A stretch of 64,000 nt of DNA, from the sequence record PV611058.1; one strand, written 5' to 3'. Made by a program: the position numbers and the translations under genes. Below are positions 43,206 through 53,436 of the stretch, in pieces; position 1 is the first letter of the stretch; every line of letters starts with the position of its first letter. The notes below the pieces were generated by a model that saw only the letters and a list, made by a program, of their open reading frames with translations, did not search any database and was not told the DNA's origin.

Positions 43206-43928
43206 TTTGTATGAACGGAACCCTTCAGGTAAACCAGGTAGATTCTCTAACCCTTCGTTCGCATTCACTAGCTTTACGTCATAATCATCACTGAAATCAT
43301 CCGTAGCTAGTTTACGCCCCATGTCTCTAACGAAGTTGTCAATAATTTCTTCTTCGTCATTACCTGGATGACCTTCCGCTTTTAACTTTTTCCAAAAGTA
43401 TTCATTATAATCAAAAACAAATTCAACTTCATTTGTTTCTGGATTAAGTACTACATCCAAATCAATCCAAGGTTCTTTACGTAAAGTAAAGATTTCCTTT
43501 GAATACTCTTGTTGTGTAATCTCTTCATAACGATATGCAAACTCGATAGCTTTAAGTCGTTTGTCATCACCATCAGGCATTAGTTCGATTACTTCCATAT
43601 CATACTCTTTTTGAGTAATTGCACCAGTACTTAATTTAGCATCAAGTAATTTTACATTATACTCATCACGGGTAATCTTGGAATACTTCAATTGTACATC
43701 TGCCTGTGCTATTAGATAATCAAGAGTTTCTAATACATTGTATTTCTTTTTGATATCCAACTGTGCTACATCAACTTCATATGGTGTTAGATATGTAAGT
43801 TCTGCAACTAACATATCAGCTTCATAATCATCGTTATAGTAGTATGCTTTCGCAATCTCTTTCGCTTTACCAGAAAGTCCCCAATGAGCGGGGACCATCC
43901 AGAAAGGAATAAACCTTTTTTTAGCCAT
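43203..43928 (-). CDS. Hypothetical protein with internal helical repeats
   Basis: Repeats ITRDEY, ITQKEY, ITQQEY. Confidence 0.7.
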   Translation of the reverse strand: MAKKRFIPFWMVPAHWGLSGKAKEIAKAYYYNDDYEADMLVAELTYLTPYEVDVAQLDIKKKYNVLETLDYLIAQADVQLKYSKITRDEYNVKLLDAKLSTGAITQKEYDMEVIELMPDGDDKRLKAIEFAYRYEEITQQEYSKEIFTLRKEPWIDLDVVLNPETNEVEFVFDYNEYFWKKLKAEGHPGNDEEEIIDNFVRDMGRKLATDDFSDDYDVKLVNANEGLENLPGLPEGFRSYK

Positions 43929-44223
43929 TTGATTTCTTACCAAAAATTTCTTCAATTTTCATCACATAATATGTGTCTTCACCACCACCAAGATCTTCAG
44001 TGATAGGAGTGTTTAGTGATGAACGACCGAATACAACCATATCACCAACACAAATATTATGTTCTGCAATTTGCCCATTAGGTAGTACTTTACCTTCACC
44101 AACTGAAATCACCATACCAACACATGGTGGTTCCACGTTTCCTAGGATAATACCACCAGTACTTTTATTCTGTGCTTCAATTTGACGAACCAGTACATAA
44201 TCGTTAATCATTTTAATTTTCAT
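43921..44223 (-). CDS. groES: Co-chaperonin GroES
   Basis: INDYVLVR...KSTGGIIL...GMVISVGEG...VGDMVVF. Confidence 0.92.
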   Translation of the reverse strand: MKIKMINDYVLVRQIEAQNKSTGGIILGNVEPPCVGMVISVGEGKVLPNGQIAEHNICVGDMVVFGRSSLNTPITEDLGGGEDTYYVMKIEEIFGKKSNG

Positions 44224-44224
44224 A

Positions 44225-44431
44225 TCAGTAACCTCCAGTGTTTGCAAACCATTTACCACGGAAATAAAGATTTGCACCTTTATCACCTGGGGTAAAAACT
44301 TCCAACTTCATAGTCTTCTCACCATTACATTGAGGACAATCATGAGGTTCTTCACGATTGGCAATTTTTACAATCTTTTCTAAACTGTGTTTACATTCTT
44401 CTTTTTCACAACGATATGTATATAATGGCAT
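44225..44431 (-). CDS. FmdB-family zinc-ribbon protein
   Basis: MPLYTYRCEK..C...CPQCNG...YFRGKWFAN. Confidence 0.85.
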   Translation of the reverse strand: MPLYTYRCEKEECKHSLEKIVKIANREEPHDCPQCNGEKTMKLEVFTPGDKGANLYFRGKWFANTGGY

Positions 44432-44497
44432 TTTTGTCTTCCTTTACTTATTTTTAAATCAAAAATTTGGGGAACTCCATGTTCCCCATTATTTATA

Positions 44498-45229
44498 TTA
44501 GCAACCTGTTACGTAAATCTTGTATACCGCAATACCAGTGTCTAGAGTTACGTTTAGCATACCAGTTTTGGTAATACCAAGGGTAACAGATTCTGCGTTA
44601 GAAACGCGGGATAGAGCTTGTAGAACACGGTCAATGTTATAACCAAAACCAAGACCTAGTTCACCTTCAGTTTTAGAGAATGCTAGTGCACCAACGTGGT
44701 TACTTTTGTTCTTCTCACCAACGTGGAAGTAAAGAGTATCACCTTCAGTGTATGGAGTTACTAGAGAACTGAAAGATTTAAACACACCAGAGAAGCTTTT
44801 TAGTTCCTGAACTTTAGCTGCACTAGGTGTAACCTGTACGTCATATGGTTGTTCGTGGAAACGAGGCTGGGCTGGAATTAGTTTTTCTGGTTGAACCATG
44901 AAAGTAGTGCTTGCATCTTCTGCTTTGAATGCTAGGCTCTTAACTGCACCATCTTTCAAATTAGAAGTGATAGTAGTTCCTTCAGTACTATAAGTTTTTA
45001 GAGACATTAGACCCTGTAGAAGACCTAGGTTACCAAGACCAAAACGACCTTGAACTTCTGGTACGTCTTCTTTAGTGTGAGCACGCATAACTAGGGTGCG
45101 GTCATCGGTGTATGCTTCCATGTAAACACGCTGTCCATCACCACGGTCTTCACTGCTAACTGCGATACAAGAAAAGTCGATGCCGTTGGTAGTGTTAACT
45201 AGGTCACGTAGTACGTTGCGTAGATCCAT
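44498..45229 (-). CDS. gp45: Sliding clamp (gp45-like)
   Basis: 243 aa; GRFGLGNLGLL pattern; position next to the DNA polymerase; strong codon bias. Confidence 0.7.
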   Translation of the reverse strand: MDLRNVLRDLVNTTNGIDFSCIAVSSEDRGDGQRVYMEAYTDDRTLVMRAHTKEDVPEVQGRFGLGNLGLLQGLMSLKTYSTEGTTITSNLKDGAVKSLAFKAEDASTTFMVQPEKLIPAQPRFHEQPYDVQVTPSAAKVQELKSFSGVFKSFSSLVTPYTEGDTLYFHVGEKNKSNHVGALAFSKTEGELGLGFGYNIDRVLQALSRVSNAESVTLGITKTGMLNVTLDTGIAVYKIYVTGC

Positions 45230-45333
45230 TATATAATTCTCCGTTTTATTTGTTAATCAAAAATGTTTTTGTATGCTTCAGATTACTACAAGCACCATTA
45301 TATCTCGTGAATGATGCTTGTCTCAATTTTTTA

Positions 45334-45636
45334 TCAGTATTTTGTGTTCCAACGTTTAAGGTACGGCTTATCAGCGTTTGCACCTGCACCAATGTTGAAT
45401 TTGTAACGTAGATGTTCTAAGTCTTTTAACGTGTTAACATCTTCAACAATGACAACTTTGCGTTTCTTTTCAATAGAATAGACGTCAACAATCTCACCGT
45501 CAATTTCAACAGAACCAGTTCTGGTGAAACCAGCAGACATTAGAACAACTTCATCATCATTATTGTATGCAAGTACTGAATTTACGATAGTACTATCTTC
45601 CAGTACTGCACCAACACGCTTATAGATATTTTCCAT
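45334..45636 (-). CDS. Hypothetical protein
   Basis: Start MENIY with GGAGAG RBS. Confidence 0.6.
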   Translation of the reverse strand: MENIYKRVGAVLEDSTIVNSVLAYNNDDEVVLMSAGFTRTGSVEIDGEIVDVYSIEKKRKVVIVEDVNTLKDLEHLRYKFNIGAGANADKPYLKRWNTKY

Positions 45637-45637
45637 A

Positions 45638-45778
45638 TTACTCTCCTTGGGATGCACTCCATAAAACGTACTGTTCCCACGCCTCGTTAACACTGTCCTC
45701 AGACAGTGCTAGTGATTCATCAGAGAATACGTCATTTACTTCGTCATATTTTAGTTTAGTTTCGTCTGCAATAATCAT
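45638..45778 (-). CDS. Hypothetical small acidic protein
   Basis: MIIADET..., AAGGA RBS. Confidence 0.5.
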   Translation of the reverse strand: MIIADETKLKYDEVNDVFSDESLALSEDSVNEAWEQYVLWSASQGE

Positions 45779-45788
45779 AATATTTTCC

Positions 45789-48700
45789 TTACCAGGTGAA
45801 GAATCCGTTATTAACGGCTGCTGTACTTTTCTCATGAATACCAATATCCATATCCAGAATACCAAAAATGTTTTCTAATTTTTTAGTTAGAACTATTTCT
45901 TCCATTTTCTCTGTATCAAATGGTAGCTCTAAGAACCATTCAGGTAGATATTCCACACAGTCAATTGGGTAACCTACTGCTTTGATACCCATCGGGTTAT
46001 CTTTTAAGTTACATACAATTACTTTTGTACCGTCAGTTACTTCAGGTACAGTTTTGTCATCATATACTTCACGTAGACGGTTCCATTGAATACCTGCTAA
46101 TACGTGACCAACTTTACATTTACCAGAAACTTCATATTCTGCTTCTAAGTTGGTATAGTTCTTAACAGTTTTCGGTGAACCCTTTTCGTGTACAGGCATG
46201 TCTTTAAATACCTCTTTAAAGTCACGTACACGCTGTTTAAGTTGAGCTTCAGACTCACCCACCAGCAATGCAATTAGAGTCTCTTCTAGGAAGTTCTGGA
46301 TGTATTTTGGCGTATCTGAACGTTTAATTTCAAGACCCATCGCTTTAATTTCACCAGGCTTTCCATCAACATCTTTACGGAAACCATCTTCCCAGTACTT
46401 GAGAATTGCATAACGCTTTTTCTTCAGGAATAGACCACGGGAACCGACCATCTCTAGGTCTGCACCAACAATCTTACCTTTCTCAATACCAGTATTGAAC
46501 ATTTCGTTCATGAATGAAGGGAATGATTCACCAACTTCATCACCGATTTTGATATACATGTCAACAATTTCTTCTTTAGAAAGATTATATGGAATACCTT
46601 GTTCTTTCAGGTAATGAGTTACACTGAAGTAAACGGAGTCAGTATCACCGTAAATTACAGAGCCACCTTGGTGATTATAAACACCAGTAGTGATTTCATT
46701 GATACGGCTTGCCATATGTTTAGTCATAGAACGACCAGTTAAGGTAACGGACTGACCTAAACGCTTATCAAAGAAACGTGAACCTTTGTTCAATAGTGCA
46801 CCATATAGACTGTTTAGAAGAATCTTACGAATTTGCTGGTTCTGTTTCCAGAATGCACTTTGCTGTTTGAAGTAATTCTTATCTTCCGTTGCACAGAAAA
46901 TACGACCATCTTTCAGTACTAAACCATTTTCCACAATGAGTTTTGCAACTTCTTCCCATTGACCTTTACCAATAGCAATACGTAATAGATAAACAGGATC
47001 ATTGTCATGTAAGTTTGTACGGAACATTGTACCACTTGTGTAGTTAGATAGCAAAGGTTCAACCTTCTCAGAACCATTGAATTCCCACCCATCACTGTAC
47101 ATGTGTTTGTAGTCGATTACCATTTTTTGTTGTGCTTTACGCTCAGAATACCATTGAGTAAGAATATCTGGAATTACACCATACTTAGACTTATCAAAAA
47201 GTGTTCCGTTAGCACTTAGTACAATAGTACTGTCTTCAGCAAAGATAATATCATACAATTCTTTACCAGTTGCATTGAACGAACTACCATCTTCTAAATC
47301 AACAATCAAAGTTTTGTCAGATTTTTCATGAACCATTGTAAATTCTACAGCAGAAAATAAACCATGCCATGCAGCGGTCCAATCAGGTTCAAACGCTTTC
47401 GATTTGGATTTAGCTTTTTGCTCTTGTACTTTAGCAGCAAGATATGCATCAGTGTAGTCTTGACGAAGTTGTCCAAGAATACATTCAGTACTCATGCCAA
47501 GTGTACGTAGTACAGTTGGATACAATGAGTTAAAGTCTGTACATCCCAAATCGCTAACAAGGCCAAGAACTGGATCTTGAACCCATGCACCAGCAGCTTT
47601 TGCACTGATTTTCTCATCTTCTTCATCACCTTCTTCACCATAGTACTCCATCTCTGGATCTAACTCAATATCATCTTTCGGTGCTTTGTTAAAAACAACT
47701 TCACCGCGACTGTGAGCAAGGTTGATGATAGCAGTGTCGATTAGTGCAACCGAACCCATTGTAGTACTAATTAGTACACATTCTTTATGAGCAAGACGGT
47801 TATGCAGGTTGATAAAGTCACATTTAGCATCAATTTTCTTTAGAAGAATACTATCCTGCTTAGAATAACGCAAGAATGTAATGTAATCTTCACGGTATAG
47901 TTTATCCAATGAACCTTCATAGGATACTTTGTTTTCTTTAGTTACCTTTTCAGCAATATAATCTAGTTTGTACGACTGTTCAACTTGACCAGCATGTTTC
48001 TTATAAAGAGCAAGATAGTCTAAGTGTACACGACCAATAAGATCATATGTTACTACAGTTTTACCAAAGTTATCAGCTTCACGAGCATTTGGTTTTTTAT
48101 TCCACAAACACCAACGAGCAGTAGTTGCTTCGTTGAAGATTTTCTTGGTACGGTTGACCATATATGGAATATCAAAGAATTCACTGTTCCAACCTGAAAT
48201 TACATCAGAGTCATCGATTAGACTAAAGAACTCCATAAACATTTCTTTCTCATCCGTATAAAGGATGACAGTACTGTTAGGGTCGTTAGTTTCTTCGTTT
48301 AACTGACGAACAATATCTTGTGCTTCGTACATTTCCATATCAGTTGGTGGCAAAGTCAGTACATAATCCTTACCAGTCCATGATTGATATAGAGAAATTG
48401 CAGTTACACGGTTGAATGGATCTGATGGTGGAGCATAACCAAACTTCTTATGGAAGTCGGTTTCGATATCGAAAAATGCTACGTTCAAATCCGGCGAACC
48501 TTTACCCATGTATTCTCTAGCCAACGTTTTGAAGGTAATGTTGCAATCACTTTCAAAAATACGTAGACCTTCATTTTTATGTTGCTCAACGCTTTTATTC
48601 ATCTGTGATTGAGTTTCAAACTCCAAATGCTTTGCGTTGGTTCCATAAATTGTTTTGTGTTCACCAGTAGGAGATTCAACATAATATTCATATACTGGGT

Positions 48701-48794
48701 CCAACTGACGTAGAATACGTTTACCGTTTTTACGTTCTGCTACGTGCAAAATATCACCAGTACGTTTACGTTCCATATAAGCATCGATATACAT
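45789..48794 (-). CDS. gp43: Family B DNA polymerase
   Basis: Exo FFDIET, GWNSEFFD; pol DFNSLYP, KILLNSLYG, YGDTDS, KKRYA. Confidence 0.97.
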   Translation of the reverse strand: MYIDAYMERKRTGDILHVAERKNGKRILRQLDPVYEYYVESPTGEHKTIYGTNAKHLEFETQSQMNKSVEQHKNEGLRIFESDCNITFKTLAREYMGKGSPDLNVAFFDIETDFHKKFGYAPPSDPFNRVTAISLYQSWTGKDYVLTLPPTDMEMYEAQDIVRQLNEETNDPNSTVILYTDEKEMFMEFFSLIDDSDVISGWNSEFFDIPYMVNRTKKIFNEATTARWCLWNKKPNAREADNFGKTVVTYDLIGRVHLDYLALYKKHAGQVEQSYKLDYIAEKVTKENKVSYEGSLDKLYREDYITFLRYSKQDSILLKKIDAKCDFINLHNRLAHKECVLISTTMGSVALIDTAIINLAHSRGEVVFNKAPKDDIELDPEMEYYGEEGDEEDEKISAKAAGAWVQDPVLGLVSDLGCTDFNSLYPTVLRTLGMSTECILGQLRQDYTDAYLAAKVQEQKAKSKSKAFEPDWTAAWHGLFSAVEFTMVHEKSDKTLIVDLEDGSSFNATGKELYDIIFAEDSTIVLSANGTLFDKSKYGVIPDILTQWYSERKAQQKMVIDYKHMYSDGWEFNGSEKVEPLLSNYTSGTMFRTNLHDNDPVYLLRIAIGKGQWEEVAKLIVENGLVLKDGRIFCATEDKNYFKQQSAFWKQNQQIRKILLNSLYGALLNKGSRFFDKRLGQSVTLTGRSMTKHMASRINEITTGVYNHQGGSVIYGDTDSVYFSVTHYLKEQGIPYNLSKEEIVDMYIKIGDEVGESFPSFMNEMFNTGIEKGKIVGADLEMVGSRGLFLKKKRYAILKYWEDGFRKDVDGKPGEIKAMGLEIKRSDTPKYIQNFLEETLIALLVGESEAQLKQRVRDFKEVFKDMPVHEKGSPKTVKNYTNLEAEYEVSGKCKVGHVLAGIQWNRLREVYDDKTVPEVTDGTKVIVCNLKDNPMGIKAVGYPIDCVEYLPEWFLELPFDTEKMEEIVLTKKLENIFGILDMDIGIHEKSTAAVNNGFFTW

Positions 48795-48876
48795 CGTTTG
48801 TATTCCTTTACGTTTATTAAGTTAAAAATAAAGCCCCCATTCATTGGAGGCTATAAAGTTTAGTTTTTAGTACTTA

Positions 48877-49182
48877 TTAGTAATCGTCATCTGCTTGTGG
48901 CAAATTGTTAGTAACACTTAGGATAGTTTCGATATTATCGAGTTTGTTTTGTTTATCAAAGTAATCGCCTTTGTAGATACGTTGAGCGGCTTGTTTGATA
49001 TCGGATGCATCAATACCTAGTTCATCAGAGATGGAACTAATGAAATCTGCATAGGATGCTTTGGTGTCGTCAATAAAAGTAAGTTGTACTACTGCGTTGT
49101 TTAGTGCATCACCTAGACGTTTACGTTGTTCATCATTTAGGTCACGAATTTCAACTTTAACTTCTTTTTTAGCTTTTGCCAT
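48877..49182 (-). CDS. DsbA-like dsDNA-binding protein
   Basis: ISDELGIDASDIKQAAQRIYK pattern resembles T4 DsbA. Confidence 0.55.
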   Translation of the reverse strand: MAKAKKEVKVEIRDLNDEQRKRLGDALNNAVVQLTFIDDTKASYADFISSISDELGIDASDIKQAAQRIYKGDYFDKQNKLDNIETILSVTNNLPQADDDY

Positions 49183-49282
49183 TTGTTTGCTTCTCCATGT
49201 GTTTTGAAAAAAATGTCATCTCACAACCTCTGTAAGATGACTACATTGTATCACTACTTACGATTTTGTTCCAAAAAAACTT

Positions 49283-49801
49283 TTAAACAGGTTTAACAGG
49301 GAACGAAAACTTCTTCTTACTAAATTCAGATGTTGTTAGAGATGATAGCTCAAGAACATATGCTTTCAACTTAGGAAACAGTTCTATTTCATAATCAGTT
49401 GCTACCTCAAGATCTATCGCCATCTTAATGTTATTCAACTCATTAATTGCTACGGTTCTTAATTCTTGGTGCTCAGATGATAGACGTTTGATCTTTTCAT
49501 CAGTAGATTCAACATAATCAGAAATTTTACTTCCATCATAGATTTTACCAACTACTTCATCTTCATCTCCATCATGCTCCAACTCAGAAACACTGTATCC
49601 ATACGGTACTAACAATGTTACATCATATGATGCTTGTGCAATATATCCATCGTCAGAGTACTGAACTTTTAAAGTATCTTGTCTGAATTCGTTTTGACAA
49701 TCATACCAGTCAACACCCTCATCTGACAATAGATAAAGAACATTATCTCCATGTTTCTTTTCTACTGGGATATATTTTTTGAAATGTGTATATGTTTTCA
49801 T
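49283..49801 (-). CDS. Tail fibre assembly chaperone (Tfa-like)
   Basis: VLYLLSDEGVDWYDCQ.EF..DTLKV; C-terminal LKAYVLEL...FPVKP. Confidence 0.85.
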   Translation of the reverse strand: MKTYTHFKKYIPVEKKHGDNVLYLLSDEGVDWYDCQNEFRQDTLKVQYSDDGYIAQASYDVTLLVPYGYSVSELEHDGDEDEVVGKIYDGSKISDYVESTDEKIKRLSSEHQELRTVAINELNNIKMAIDLEVATDYEIELFPKLKAYVLELSSLTTSEFSKKKFSFPVKPV

Positions 49802-49802
49802 A

Positions 49803-51431
49803 TTAAGACTCCACTACTACGTTAGTCCATACACCATTGACTAATTTTTGTGTATATCTCCAACTATAACCTTCAACGTGTGTACCAGAACTCCCATTTA
49901 CGGAAATAAACAACCCATCAAGCGTAGCACCTTCTGGTGCATAGATCCAAGAAGAATCAGGAACACTTCGCGTAGATGTTCTTTTACTTAAACGAACATC
50001 TTGTACAGCACCCAGTGTTAAAGTTACGTTACCGCTTGCATCAGCGTTGTTACCGTTAATAGATCTGACGATGTTTTTACTAGCAACAGTTGCTGTGTTT
50101 CCAGAAATAGACAATGATGCACCAGTTACTGATGGAGCATAAAGTACACCAGAAGAGTTAATTGTAACTTCAGAACCACCATTACTTCTCAAACGTAATG
50201 TATTTGTTGATGAACTGTGATAAATTGCTGCACGTTCAGTAGTTCCTGCCGCGTTACGGAAGTAAAGTACTAATGAAGTATCATTCGAACGAATTGTTGC
50301 ACTGTTTGCTATACTCAATGAACCAGACATTGTATCACCAGTTTTAAGTACATAACGGGTGTTTGCAACTTTTTCACTCAATGCAACGTTAGACTCAGCA
50401 ATGTTATATAAGTATGCCACATTAAAGTGTGGTACGTCAATATTGCTAATTCCGTGGGTATGTGCTTGTCCACTACCAACGGTATTGGTTGAACCACTGA
50501 AACTATGCACGTGATCAGGTGCTTCGTTAATGTTATTAATTACAGTTGGGATTCCGTTGTCGTTACTGGATGTTAACGCATTAAGACCACTTCTGTCCAT
50601 ACCTTTTAGTGCTTGACTATGACCATGACGACCAGCAGCACCAGTAGTTCCACTGAAACTAAATGAGTGCGGTGGAAGTTGAGCAATTGATATCGCAGTC
50701 CCACTAATTGATGCACTACTTGCAATCACACTATCAGTTTTAGTTACGCCTGATGTGGTAATGCCTTTCAAGTATGCTTCTTGGTTAAGATTTGGAACTT
50801 GTTTTGTGATTGTACCATTTTCACCAACCCATTGCCACCACATTCCATCAGCAAAACACCAACCATCAGAAGTTTTCCACGGAGAACCTTGTGAACCATT
50901 ACGACCACTTTGACCATTGGTCACACCAGACATCTGTTCACGAATACTAGCAACAGTTTGTCCAGAAGTCAATGAGTACTGGGTAATTGCACCAGGCTTC
51001 ATTGAAGTATAAAGACCTGTTGGGCCAGTACCGCTACTTGATGGAATAGGGAATACGATATTTAAATTCGTACCACTAATGCTCGCACTTGGAACAGCAC
51101 TACTACTATATGTTACAGTTTCAACTTTTAAATTCAGTTTACGGTTCACTTCATCGAGTGAAATACGGATTGGTTCAAGAATTGTATCAGTATCGTATAC
51201 TGCAATCCAACTTGTCCCGTTGTGGTATTTTAACACCAACTCATTTCTATCAAATACCATAGCACCTTGCTCACCTGCTGGCAATGCCTGTACTGGTAAA
51301 ATGACAGAAGATGAATTAAAACGAATAGGTCTTGGATTAGTTGGTGTACCACCAAGCACTATTAGTTCTAAAGATCCATTAGCACCAGTACTAGTCATAG
51401 TATCCAGTGGGTTATTAAAACTTATGCTCAT
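49803..51431 (-). CDS. Tail fibre protein
   Basis: Collar-like GWCFADG...VPNL; HxH repeats; YVLKTGDTMSG; C-terminal VQDVRL...NGVWTNV; followed by Tfa. Confidence 0.85.
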   Translation of the reverse strand: MSISFNNPLDTMTSTGANGSLELIVLGGTPTNPRPIRFNSSSVILPVQALPAGEQGAMVFDRNELVLKYHNGTSWIAVYDTDTILEPIRISLDEVNRKLNLKVETVTYSSSAVPSASISGTNLNIVFPIPSSSGTGPTGLYTSMKPGAITQYSLTSGQTVASIREQMSGVTNGQSGRNGSQGSPWKTSDGWCFADGMWWQWVGENGTITKQVPNLNQEAYLKGITTSGVTKTDSVIASSASISGTAISIAQLPPHSFSFSGTTGAAGRHGHSQALKGMDRSGLNALTSSNDNGIPTVINNINEAPDHVHSFSGSTNTVGSGQAHTHGISNIDVPHFNVAYLYNIAESNVALSEKVANTRYVLKTGDTMSGSLSIANSATIRSNDTSLVLYFRNAAGTTERAAIYHSSSTNTLRLRSNGGSEVTINSSGVLYAPSVTGASLSISGNTATVASKNIVRSINGNNADASGNVTLTLGAVQDVRLSKRTSTRSVPDSSWIYAPEGATLDGLFISVNGSSGTHVEGYSWRYTQKLVNGVWTNVVVES

Positions 51432-51472
51432 GTATAAATCCCTTTAATGATTAATATATACTATATTTATTA

Positions 51473-51781
51473 CTATAGCAAGTCGTTTTCCATATCGTCA
51501 AGAACAGAATCAACGATGTTCGCTGCTATCTTCTTAGGCATCTTGAACCACTCGGTGTTAGGTTGCCTTACTGCGTTCATTTGTTTTAGTCTTTTGTGAA
51601 TTTCTTTCTCTGCTAAACGTGCATCTTCAAAGTGTACTTCATGGTATACCACAAAATCTCTAAAAGGTGTAGCAGTTTGATATGTCCTTAAACGTTCTGT
51701 CATTTCAGATTTACTGGTAAATCCTATCTTAACATAATCAGGCCATGCATCATTTACTATAACATAACATATCTGTGACAT
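51473..51781 (-). CDS. T5orf172/GIY-YIG-like domain protein
   Basis: YVIVNDAWPDYVKIGFT...RLRTYQTATP...EWF. Confidence 0.8.
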   Translation of the reverse strand: MSQICYVIVNDAWPDYVKIGFTSKSEMTERLRTYQTATPFRDFVVYHEVHFEDARLAEKEIHKRLKQMNAVRQPNTEWFKMPKKIAANIVDSVLDDMENDLL

Positions 51782-51820
51782 ATAAAATATCTCCATCAGT
51801 AATATGAAGATATTTATTAA

Positions 51821-52171
51821 TCAAGTAATTCGGAAATTTACACCTGCATCAATTAGGCGTTGGAATGGGTTTTGTGGCTCGAATTCAGAAGGAGTTTTTG
51901 AAATGTTCAGTACTGGAGCATCAGCATGTAACTTTGACATACGTTCTTTGTACTTATCTAAGTATTCTTCATATAACATATCTTCAGTGTTACTATCAAG
52001 TATGTCTTCAATAAATGAATCAATACTATAGTCCAGTCTATCATCATTATAATACAAAGTTTCACTAGCTTCATCATAACCAACTAAAGTTCCGTATGGA
52101 ACATTAATCTCAATTTTTGAGTACTGACTCTTTAAGTACTCTTCTTTCTTAAAAATGTATACAGTTAACAT
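51821..52171 (-). CDS. Hypothetical protein
   Basis: AAGGAG RBS 9 nt before the ATG. Confidence 0.6.
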   Translation of the reverse strand: MLTVYIFKKEEYLKSQYSKIEINVPYGTLVGYDEASETLYYNDDRLDYSIDSFIEDILDSNTEDMLYEEYLDKYKERMSKLHADAPVLNISKTPSEFEPQNPFQRLIDAGVNFRIT

Positions 52172-52194
52172 CCGTGTCAACTCCTTATGGTTGT

Positions 52195-53292
52195 TTACTT
52201 AAAAGTATTTACAATTTCTAAAACACTTTCAAGATACTTAGCATCAAAAGTTTCAGTAAATCCTGATGGCAACTCTTCAGTACTTACCACACCACTTTCA
52301 ATGTATTTCTTTATGAACTTTTCCAACAGTAATGGTTGATTGCCATCTTCAAAGTAGCGTTCTATAAGTACTTCATGCTCGAACTCAGAATTGCGGCTTT
52401 GTTCGTTGACACGGCGTTTCATATCACCAGTGATCCCATATTTGTACACCGTCTTGTTATTGTTAGTTAGTTTTTGTACATAGAAATATCCAGGTTTTGA
52501 TGGTTGGTATCCATATTCACCACATGATGGACATCCTTTACCAGCCATATGTGCTTTTGGTTGTTGGGAGAAAACACCATGCATCGGACATACAATATCA
52601 ACATAATTCTCGCTTATAGTATAATTAACCAAGCTATAATCATACTTATGGTTATGGATAGGAGACACCAGTTCAATGAAACGTTCCGTACTTCTTCCAC
52701 CTTTACCAGAGCATGTACCACAGCCAGTTTTACCGACGATTAGAGTTTTTGGATCTACCGTCCAGTCATGATGTCCTTTTGTGCAATGAACCGTTACTTT
52801 AGTTTTCTGATTGACATAAACAGTATTCGTCAAGTCCAATGCATCACCATAGTTTTCTTTTACTTTTGCAGTGAATGATTCAGTACTATATGCTTCATTT
52901 TTATTACATACGGGGCATCCTTTACCAGAAAGAAATTTATTTGGTGTGATTTCAAAGTAATTGTTGTGCTCTTTATCAGTGCAGAACAGTGTTACTTTTG
53001 TTATAGCGTTAGTGTAATTTAGTTTATCAAATTTGAATTTATCTTTTCCAAATTTAGTTTCTACAGTACTGATGAATGTGTCGTTGTTTGAACGTTGTGA
53101 CATGTTTGAATAACATGATGCACATGTACATGCAATGTGACGAAGTGCAGGTTTGGTGTTTTCTTTTCCACACTTGTTGCATTTCACTGTTGTCTTACTT
53201 GCCTTGAATACTAAAGTACTGAAGTCAAATTCTCCATACTTAGCAGTCATTTGGTTAATAAACTCTTCTTTGTTGATACTTACGTTTGGCAT
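52195..53292 (-). mobile_element. Putative free-standing homing endonuclease (repeated Cys/His Zn modules plus a GIY-YIG-like C-terminus)
   Basis: Four repeats F...Y....KV...C..H.....P...L.G.GCP.C; C-terminal YFYVQ...YKYGIT...RR; own sigma70 promoter. Confidence 0.7.
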
Positions 53293-53324
53293 ATTTTTGT
53301 CTCTTTGATAGCGTGTATGTGCGT

Positions 53325-53353
53325 ATTATATACATACCAGAATATTGTGTCAA
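53325..53353 (-). promoter_or_regulatory. Canonical sigma70 promoter for the endonuclease
   Basis: TTGACA-17-TATAAT (ttgacacaatattctggtatgtatataat). Confidence 0.75.
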
Positions 53354-53370
53354 TGGTTTTTATTAAAAAG

Positions 53371-53395
53371 AAAAGGGACTCCGAAGAGTCCCTAT
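53371..53395 (-). terminator. Terminator after the major capsid gene
   Basis: AGGGACTC-TTCG-GAGTCCCT-TTT on the minus strand. Confidence 0.85.
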
Positions 53396-53436
53396 TGTTT
53401 TTAATTTCTTGATTAAATCTTTTAAATCTATTACAA

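Noticed and set aside
45334-45865. Overlapping ORFs 45334-45693 and 45638-45865 as another frameshifted gene
   Set aside because: Each has its own RBS and ATG (45636 and 45778), giving two adjacent non-overlapping genes; no CGGA at the junction
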